NCBI GenBank assembly: GCA_963718615.1
Contig: OY970368.1
Location: 4,672,001 to 4,736,000, forward strand
Length of the DNA stretch: 64,000 nt
Source: an uncultured cyanobacterium
GTDB lineage: Bacteria; Cyanobacteriota; Cyanobacteriia; PCC-9006; JAAUQQ01
Direction of reading: 5' to 3'
The position numbers and the translations under genes were made by a program. The first letter of the stretch is position 1. Each line of letters starts with the position of its first letter. Shown here in pieces: positions 43,475 through 50,748 of the stretch. The notes beneath the pieces are model-generated. The model was not told the origin of the DNA. It worked only from the letters and a program-made list of their open reading frames with translations, and searched no databases.

Positions 43475-44678
43475 TATATTGAGTTTATTTTAAAAGGTAT
43501 CCCAAATGGATCAAGACTTATCGTTGATATTACAAATGGGACTTCATTACAAAAAAATCTACTCTCAATAGCTTCTTATATCCTTGACATAAAAAATCAA
43601 TACACGATCGATGTTTCCAAGTTGTTTGAACTAACTAAAGAAAGAGGCTTTCTGCCAACTGATATTTTGCTATCCTGCTATGCCCCAGTTCCTGATAGCA
43701 CTAGACTTGATGGCATCGCCTATCTAAATCTGTCAGAAATGGTACGCTACAGGAAAATTATAGAATCTCATACTAACAAGTATGTAGCCATAGATCCAAG
43801 TTCCTCTGATAGAGAGTTTTTCAAGGATAACTTGGGTCATTCTATTCAGTTAAAGTTACAAGGAGATCAAAGCAAAGATAACGCTATATATCGCATAGCG
43901 GCTTCATCAATTTCGGCAAGCGTGGAGGATCTAATTCGTCTTCTGGTGAGCAAATTTATCCTAGCTGATACTCCTGATGGAGTAGATCGCAAAACTTTTG
44001 GGCAAAAACTCAAAATTATTCAAGCCAAAATTGAGAAAGATGCGCCGTCTGACTTTGATATAGAGTTTTTTAGCAAGTTCAATGATTTCATTTTGTACTT
44101 GAGAAATAGTTCCACACATAAAGGTAAGCTTTTAACTGACTTGGAGAAGTTCAAGGCAGAGCTTTCTGTCAAAATGGCTTTTCCCTTTATTGAATTTTAT
44201 ACAGATATCGTGCATCCTTTGCTATCAAGTGGTGAGCTTTCTAGAGAGCCAAAGCATATGAAAAAATTAACGTATGCTGATATAGCACCAGGAGACACCT
44301 TGTATTATGGGTTGGACGGAGATGATACAGGAAAGATATTAGAAGAACTTTTTCTTGCCTGTAGCGATGAATCTAGCTTTCGGAAATTGAGCAAAGATGT
44401 AGCAAATGCGATTTCAAAAATTTCTAGATTTGTTACTGATAAGCTTGGTAAGAATGCAATTGTATTTGAGGCGGGTGACGATCTTTTGTTCAAGGGAAAT
44501 TTTCAAGAAGATATGCTTTTGGAAATGCAAGCTATGTATTCACAATTAACACCTGGGCTAACGTGTTCAATTGGTTATGGGCGATCATTTCAAGAGGTAT
44601 ATTTAGCATTAAAACTCGCAAAGACCCAGCCAGGTAAAAATGCTATTGTTGGAATTGAGCTTTGCTGAGCTTGTCGCA

Positions 44679-45354
44679 GCATAACATAGGCCCTGAGCCG
44701 GACGGGGTCAATAGAGAAGATAAAAAATAACTCTGATGTAATGTCTGAGCGAATTGAAGCCAGCGCAAACCACCTGATAGTCAGTTTTGAGTATCAGCCG
44801 AACTGAGCTATCAGAGCCATCTTCGTATTTTTCGTATTCGATTGGTTCAAAACCTAAAGCAGTTCAATCGAGCAACAAAATAGAGACCTAAGCCGGTAAA
44901 AGAGCGACCAAAGGAGAGTTTTTGCGCCGGAGAGCAGCGAGATACTTTTCCTCATCATAAGGAGTCCTATCCTGCCAACACCGCCAAAGAATCCGACCCC
45001 CTTTATACGCCAAAGCACGAATAGCCTTTTGATGGGATTTACCCGCCAGTCGTTTTTGTTGATAAAATGCCTGTGACCAGACCGAGCGAGACCGAGCATG
45101 GGTGACCCACTCGACAAAAGTTTGCCTCAGAAAGATAGGACAAGACCAACGCCAATGGACCCAACGTTGCTTGCCAATTTCCTCCGCCTGAGGGGTGGCC
45201 TGAATAGTGGATTGTGCCCAGGTCTCATTCTGGCAATCGTAGAGAGCAATATCATGTTTGCGGTCTGTCCAATCAATGCCGATATAGGCAGCATAAACGG
45301 TTGTGAAGAGATTAGGTCAAAGGTCTTTCCCTGCTCCCTGAGGATTCGTTAGGC
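44679..45354 (+). other. attC1 (degenerate, interrupted by IS110 derivative)
   Basis: R'' GCATAAC complements cassette start GTTATGC; R' GTTAGGC 45348-45354. Confidence 0.6.
44731..45325 (-). mobile_element. Internally deleted IS110-family element, copy 2
   Basis: YAAYIGIDWTDRKHD fused to RWVHWRWSCPIFLRQTFVEW...AIRALAYK...YDEEKYL; same ends as copy 1. Confidence 0.85.
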
Positions 45355-45577
45355 AGCGAGCGGATGGGCTGGACGGGCGATTCGATTGGTTAGTAGTCAT
45401 CTTCTGACTGGCGCTGCATAGTCGTCCCGACAATCTGGCAGATGCTCTCCTTTCTTGACTTTATGCGCTTCTGTCAAATTCGCGCATGGGAGAGGGATGA
45501 GCGATTCGGTATGTTCGTAGACATCCTCTGTGTCGTCCAATGCATAGTCGTCTCTTCCTGGTTCTTCTTCCCCGTCC

Positions 45578-45666
45578 CCCATAAAGTCGATGAAGCGGAC
45601 GGTTGGAAGATTTATTTTTGCGGGGATGCTGAGGTTGCCTGCCGCCGCTTGTCTTGGTCGTTAGAC
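45578..45666 (+). other. attC2 (R'' damaged)
   Basis: GATGAAGCGGACGG...CCGCCGCTTGTC arms with extrahelical bases; R' GTTAGAC. Confidence 0.75.
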
Positions 45667-45953
45667 CGACAAAGCAAGATAGAGAAACAAGCAAGAGAAT
45701 TTGAGTTTTCCGGTGTTGGAGACAGTCTTGTGGCAGAATCAGCAGAACGCAATCAAGAAACTTCACCGACAAACTTGCAACGATCGCTGAATCAGAAACA
45801 TGAAAAAGCCTTAGGGGACAAGCTGTATCAGACAGAAAGAAATAGATTCTTGTCAGTTCGTTCCCTGACCTTCTCACACTGCGCGTGTTTCCGCCCATCA
45901 GCATAGTTAATTAGGGTAAAATGAGAGGGCTGAGTTGAAATGAGGTCAAGCCT

Positions 45954-46226
45954 ATGACAGTTCGCCAACGACGGTATAGCAAGGAAGAGTTAGCCCGACG
46001 CGGACAAGAACTCTATGAGTCTGGAATTCGGCAGCAGGTTGAAGCCGGTAACGATGGAAAAATTGTGGCGATCGACATTGAAACCGGAGAGTTTGAGGTT
46101 GATGAAACGGTCATGGGTGCGACCGATCGGCTATTTGAACGCCTGCCTGATGCTCAACCTTGGACGCTGCGAATCGGACACAGCGCCGTCTATCATTTTG
46201 GAGCGAGGAGTCTGAAGAAAGATTAA
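45954..46226 (+). CDS. Cassette 3 small hypothetical protein (DUF5678-like)
   Basis: EELARRGQELYE, GKIVAIDIETGEF. Confidence 0.75.
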   Translation: MTVRQRRYSKEELARRGQELYESGIRQQVEAGNDGKIVAIDIETGEFEVDETVMGATDRLFERLPDAQPWTLRIGHSAVYHFGARSLKKD

Positions 46227-46594
46227 TGATTCGTGGAGTGGTTAATTTTCGCTATGAACTCATGCTTCCCCTTGTAGTCGGGAACTCGAATGGACAACGA
46301 GAGTTCGTCAATACCGTAATCGATACTGGATTTGATGGGTTCTTGTCCTTGCCCTCTGAAATAATTGCTCGTCTTGAATTGCCTTGGAGGACTTCCAATA
46401 TCGCGACCTTGGGAGATGGTAGCAAAACCCTGTTTGACTTTTACACCGGAACCGTCATCTGGGATGGTCAATATCGCTCGATCGACATTGCTGAATCAGA
46501 GACGGAACCCCTGCTAGGACTGGCAATACTTCGCGGATATCGATTGCAGGTCGATAATGTTGAGGGAGGTATCGTCGAGATTGATGCACTGTGA
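46226..46594 (+). CDS. Cassette 3 clan AA aspartic protease
   Basis: VIDTGF.G.L.LP, PLLG; TAATG coupling to upstream gene. Confidence 0.88.
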   Translation: MIRGVVNFRYELMLPLVVGNSNGQREFVNTVIDTGFDGFLSLPSEIIARLELPWRTSNIATLGDGSKTLFDFYTGTVIWDGQYRSIDIAESETEPLLGLAILRGYRLQVDNVEGGIVEIDAL

Positions 46595-46623
46595 TTGTGT
46601 GCGAGAGTGATCGGTGAGGCGCG

Positions 46624-46707
46624 GTCTAACAATGCGATGGAGCGGCGAATAAAGTTTTTTCGCTTCGTTTCGGTTCTACTTGTCGCTGCTCATCTTCACC
46701 GTTGTGC
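46624..46707 (+). other. attC3 (84 bp, intact-looking)
   Basis: GTCTAAC-AATGC-GATGGAGC...GCTCATC-TTCACC-GTTGTGC. Confidence 0.88.
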
Positions 46708-46796
46708 CGCTGGTTTAAGGTGTTACTGTTTCTGAAGATTGATCGGTCACCTGCGAGAATTAATTACACATCGTTAGCTATATTGAAAGCACTTTT

Positions 46797-47339
46797 ATGT
46801 TAAAAGCTGGAAGGCTTACGACTTGGAAGGATGATCGTGGTTTTGGGTTTATCGAACCTGAAGATGGCAGCAAAGCCGTCTTCCTTCACGTCAGCGAAGT
46901 CAAGAATTTGAGTCGTCGTCCGCAGACTGGTGACACAGTTTTTTACGAGCCACGGGTTGAGAACAATGGGAAAGTGCGTGCAACTAAGGTCTCGATTCAA
47001 GGCGTTGCACCTCGAAGCATTACACCTCGAAATCAGCCTGTAGGTGGTCGGTTTCAACAGCGAATTGTCGAAACTGCCATCGCACTTGCCTTACTAATAG
47101 CGATTGTGGCTGTGGGCAGCCGATTTGTGCCAAGCCGCTCTCCATCTCCTATAGCCGCAGTGACCAAGCCGAACTGCCAGATTAAAGGAAATATTTCGGT
47201 TTCATCGGGCAACAAGATTTATCACCTGCCAGGGATGGAAGACTATGCATCGACTGTAATTGATGAAGGCGCTGGAGAGCAGTGGTTTTGTTCTGAGTCA
47301 GAGGCGATCGCGGCAGGGTGGAAGAAGGCTCCTCGCTAG
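46797..47339 (+). CDS. Cassette 4 cold-shock-domain membrane protein with C-terminal CxIKGN module
   Basis: W.DDRGFGFI, VFLHVS; TM; CQIKGNI...KIYHLPG...WFCSE.EA..AGW. Confidence 0.88.
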   Translation: MLKAGRLTTWKDDRGFGFIEPEDGSKAVFLHVSEVKNLSRRPQTGDTVFYEPRVENNGKVRATKVSIQGVAPRSITPRNQPVGGRFQQRIVETAIALALLIAIVAVGSRFVPSRSPSPIAAVTKPNCQIKGNISVSSGNKIYHLPGMEDYASTVIDEGAGEQWFCSESEAIAAGWKKAPR

Positions 47340-47347
47340 TTTCCGCA

Positions 47348-47372
47348 GCACAACAACGTTGTACCGTTGTAC
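47348..47372 (+). other. attC4 collapsed to 25 bp
   Basis: R'' GCACAAC complements GTTGTGC; R' GTTGTAC; no L boxes. Confidence 0.65.
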
Positions 47373-47429
47373 CGCTTCGTTTTAGGTTGTGGCGGTAAGC
47401 TAAAAATTACCGGGTTTCTCAAATTCGTA

Positions 47430-47459
47430 TTGACACTGTACATACGTCTTGTTTAGAAT
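47430..47459 (+). promoter_or_regulatory. Sigma70-type promoter of TA cassette
   Basis: TTGACA-18 nt-TAGAAT, 7 nt before ATG. Confidence 0.7.
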
Positions 47460-47466
47460 TATAGGC

Positions 47467-47763
47467 ATGGACGTTTATTGTGTGCTGAATGGCATTACAT
47501 TTATCTGGAATCCAGAAAAGGCCCGGATTAATCCAGTCAATCATGATGGGATTACCTTTCAGCAAGCGGCTGAGGCATTTTTTGATCCATTCCTGATTCT
47601 GGTTGATGCCAGTCGCAACGATGAAGCAAGAGATGCCGTGATTGGCCTGGATACACGCTATAACTTGCTTTATGTCGTGCATATTGAGCAAGAGGGTGAT
47701 TGTATTCGGATTATTTCTGCGCGTAAAGCAACCCGACAAGAGAGGATGAACTATGAAAGTTGA
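47467..47763 (+). CDS. Cassette 5 BrnT-family toxin
   Basis: F.W..EKA.IN...H.GITF..A...F.D, IRIISARKAT..ER..Y. Confidence 0.92.
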   Translation: MDVYCVLNGITFIWNPEKARINPVNHDGITFQQAAEAFFDPFLILVDASRNDEARDAVIGLDTRYNLLYVVHIEQEGDCIRIISARKATRQERMNYES

Positions 47764-48046
47764 AGCCTTAAAGAAAAGATTGGATAAGAATCGACCTATG
47801 AGCAGCGTAACGATTCGGATGCCGGAAGATGTCGTGGAAGACTTGAAGCGAGTTGCGCCATTGTTAGGCTTTTCTGGATATCAGCCATTGATTCGGGCTT
47901 ACATCGGCCAGGGATTACGTGCTGACTTGGAGCGATTTGAAGGTGAGATGGTGAGTGCGTTGATTGCCAGCTTGAAGCGACGGGGTGTGAGCGATACCGT
48001 AATTGATGAAGCGTTGAGAGAGGTTGTGCCAGCGGTAGCCAGTTAA
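47753..48046 (+). CDS. Cassette 5 BrnA/CopG-like antitoxin
   Basis: VTIRMPEDVVEDLK, GYQPLIRAYI; overlaps toxin. Confidence 0.85.
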   Translation: MKVEALKKRLDKNRPMSSVTIRMPEDVVEDLKRVAPLLGFSGYQPLIRAYIGQGLRADLERFEGEMVSALIASLKRRGVSDTVIDEALREVVPAVAS

Positions 48047-48062
48047 TCTGTGTTTACCAGCA

Positions 48063-48149
48063 GTACAACAACTTGGATGCAGCGGACTCGCAGGATTGAT
48101 CACTAATGGACGTAGCGTAGCTTCGAGCCGCTGATCAAAAACGTTAGTG
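48063..48149 (+). other. attC5 (87 bp, intact-looking)
   Basis: GTACAAC...GATGCAGCGGACTCG...CGAGCCGCTGATC-AAAAAC-GTTAGTG. Confidence 0.88.
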
Positions 48150-48156
48150 TTCAAAA

Positions 48157-48416
48157 TCACGAAGCAACAACGCAAGTTTGAGCTTGTGCATGAGATTTAG
48201 ATTTCACTACAATTTCCACATCTCGCCCCAAAGCATTGAGAAAGCGAAAGAATCGTGCGGTCGAAAAACCTGCTAGTGTTCCTTGGTTCGTTTCAGTCTT
48301 GCTTCGATCAGGTCAATATCCTGCCTAGGCGTAGCAATCCCTTGCTTTGATTTTTTCTGGAAAGCATGTAAGACGTAGACCCCTCCAGCCAGTTTTACCG
48401 TGTAGACGGCTCGATA
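48157..48416 (-). pseudogene. RelE/Gp49-like toxin and XRE antitoxin C-terminal fragments
   Basis: YRAVYTVK...VYVLHAFQKKSK.GIATP..DIDLI..RLK; GFSTARFFRFLNALGRDVEIVV*. Confidence 0.8.
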
Positions 48417-48539
48417 TCCCTTCCGGCTCAGGCCAGTGGAAAAGGCATGTTGCCTCGGTGTTCCCAGCTTTAACAGGTTGCTGATACGAGTCCTTGGTCT
48501 CCGCAACTGTTTCCAGTAACACATCCGGATCCGTCGTCT
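48414..48539 (-). pseudogene. Group II intron maturase fragment
   Basis: RRRIRMCYWKQLRRPRTRISNLLKLG......STGLSRKGY. Confidence 0.75.
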
Positions 48540-48752
48540 TGAAAAATCACTCCCAGATATTCACGGTAGCGACAGACTTTTCTCTCCTTCATGATTTAAT
48601 TCATTGAGCACATTGTGAAGCAGTTCGGGGGTCTTTGGTTGGCTCTGGGCAGAGAATTCGTAATTCCCGGTTCCCCCGGTGTTGATCGATAAAAGGAGGG
48701 CTGGCAGTGCATCTGTACAGCATTCTTTCCACTTCCGCTGTCGTTCTGTCTG

Positions 48753-50732
48753 ATGAATAAAATGCTTAGGACTCTCAGTCTTACGGGGTTGGTTTCGACG
48801 CCTAATTCTTCGACGGTTGCTGACGCAAGTTTGGCTGAAGCGTTTGCGCCGCCGCAAACCCTGTTGGAAGCTCAGTCGCTCTGTAGCCTGATCCTCACCC
48901 CCGAGAGCCGTGAACTGCTTTTGGAGGCGCTCCGTCAAGCGGATCGTCTGCCCCGCCCCGGAGAAAAAGCTCAAGCATTAATTGATTTGGCTTGGACGTA
49001 CAAGCGTTTTGAGATTCCTTCTGCTCGGCTTTTGCTGATCCGTGCTGAATTCCTGGGTCAGTCAGCTCCTGTACCAGAAAGGATTGTGTTGCTACAACAG
49101 TTGATAGAAGCCTATCACTGTTTTGATGAGACAGAGACCGAGGCGCAGCGGCTGATCGAGATGGCATTACCGCTGGTTCGCACCCTAGGAGATCGCCCCT
49201 CCGCCACAGATAACGCCATCTCTGGGATCGCCATGACCTATGCACAGGCAGGTGAAATGGATTGGGCTGAGGCGATCGCCCGCGAAATTCGCGATCCCGA
49301 GATTCGCCTCACGGCCACCCGTCTGCTTGCTGAAGCAACAGAATCTGAGTTTGAGTCCGACATCTCTCTTTCTGTAGACCACCACCCAACCGCTTGGAAT
49401 GCCTCCTTAACCTGGATCAGTCCTGAAGAGGCTGACACCAAAGGGTTAATCGAACAAATCGAAGCGTTGGATGAGCGACTGGGCCAAGGGGAGACCCTAA
49501 CCGCAGCGGAGATCAGTCCTCTGGTTCAAGCGTTGACCGCCCTGCCTGCTTCGATGGTGCAATATCTCTACGGCCAGGAGTTGGCAGTGCGACTGGCTCA
49601 AGCCCAGCTCTTTGAACTGGCTCAGCAGGTGATCCAATCCATCCCCGTGCCTGCGGAAGTGGAACCCTTGTGGGGAGCCGCAGAACAATATTCACAACCG
49701 TTTGCCCTGGCAAAACTTGCCGGACGCTTAGCCTTAGAAGGTCATCTTGCCCAGGCCCTGCAACTGGTTGATACCCTACCCGACACCAACGCTAACAAGC
49801 GGGCGGAACAGGCGATCACCCGTACGGCGATCGCCAATACCCTCTTGATTCAAAACGATCTTGAATCTGCCCAAATCTGTTTGGCGGAAGCGGTTCAGCT
49901 AGCCCAGGATCTGCCCGCGACCCTGGATCAAGCCTGGGTTTTGATGTCCATTGCCACGACCTATCGGCTAAAAGGGGACCAGGAATTGGGGCAGGAATTT
50001 ATAGCTCGGGCGATCGCCCTCAATCCCAATTTAGCCGTCTATGGGGAAACCTTTGAAGCAGGAGCAGCCATGCTTCAACCTACCCAGAGCCGTCCGCTAG
50101 AGATTGATGCCATTGCGGAATTTTGGCAAGCGGTGGATCAAGGGGCTGTAGACCGGGCAGCCCATCTTCTCGACATCCTGGACGATGCCGATGAGCAGAT
50201 GGACCTGCTGCCAGTGCTTGCAGCGATCCAAGAACAAGCCGGTCAAATACTACAAGCCAGGGACGCCCTCCAGCAAGCCCTACAACTCGCCCAAGCAGAA
50301 CGGTATCAACGCTCTGAAACCTTTGAACAGGACTCTGAATCAGCGGTATTTGCAGAACAAATTACCCAGATTCGCTATAACTTTATGAGCAGTGGCGGCA
50401 GTTTGTCTGTCCTCCAATGGGTCTTGCAACATAGTTTGAAGGACCAGGCTGATGCAGGGCTTCGCCAACAGCTTTGGGAAGAGGCGATCGCCACCCACTT
50501 GTATCGAGTAATCTACAGTGAGGCCGCAACGGTTGAGGAGTTACAAACGCTCATTCCATTTCTGGATCAGCTTTCAATTTCAACTCAACAAACCGAACTA
50601 ACCCTGGGCCTGATTTCAGCCTTCACAAAACAAGAAGATCCTGCCACCGCCAGACAACTGACTGACCGATTGTCGCCCAGTCATCAAGTTAAAGCCCTCG
50701 CCGAAATGGCACAGGTCTATGGCAGAAATTAG
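48753..50732 (+). CDS. Helical-repeat (TPR-like) hypothetical protein
   Basis: 659-aa Ala/Leu/Gln-rich repeats. Confidence 0.75.
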   Translation: MNKMLRTLSLTGLVSTPNSSTVADASLAEAFAPPQTLLEAQSLCSLILTPESRELLLEALRQADRLPRPGEKAQALIDLAWTYKRFEIPSARLLLIRAEFLGQSAPVPERIVLLQQLIEAYHCFDETETEAQRLIEMALPLVRTLGDRPSATDNAISGIAMTYAQAGEMDWAEAIAREIRDPEIRLTATRLLAEATESEFESDISLSVDHHPTAWNASLTWISPEEADTKGLIEQIEALDERLGQGETLTAAEISPLVQALTALPASMVQYLYGQELAVRLAQAQLFELAQQVIQSIPVPAEVEPLWGAAEQYSQPFALAKLAGRLALEGHLAQALQLVDTLPDTNANKRAEQAITRTAIANTLLIQNDLESAQICLAEAVQLAQDLPATLDQAWVLMSIATTYRLKGDQELGQEFIARAIALNPNLAVYGETFEAGAAMLQPTQSRPLEIDAIAEFWQAVDQGAVDRAAHLLDILDDADEQMDLLPVLAAIQEQAGQILQARDALQQALQLAQAERYQRSETFEQDSESAVFAEQITQIRYNFMSSGGSLSVLQWVLQHSLKDQADAGLRQQLWEEAIATHLYRVIYSEAATVEELQTLIPFLDQLSISTQQTELTLGLISAFTKQEDPATARQLTDRLSPSHQVKALAEMAQVYGRN

Positions 50733-50748
50733 CATAGGTCGCATAGTC

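Larger units (their letters stand above)
42343..44668 (+). pseudogene. Cassette 1: CARF-HEPN-mCpol fusion (485 aa reconstructed), interrupted by IS1
   Basis: 42343-42615 joins 43484-44668 in frame; IVDITNGT..K, LRNSSTH, GLDGDDTG, FEAGDDLLF, CSIGYG...ALKLAK..GKN. Confidence 0.8.

Noticed and set aside
45442-45906. 154-aa (+) and 147-aa (-) ORFs
   Set aside because: Both span attC2 and show no recognisable motifs
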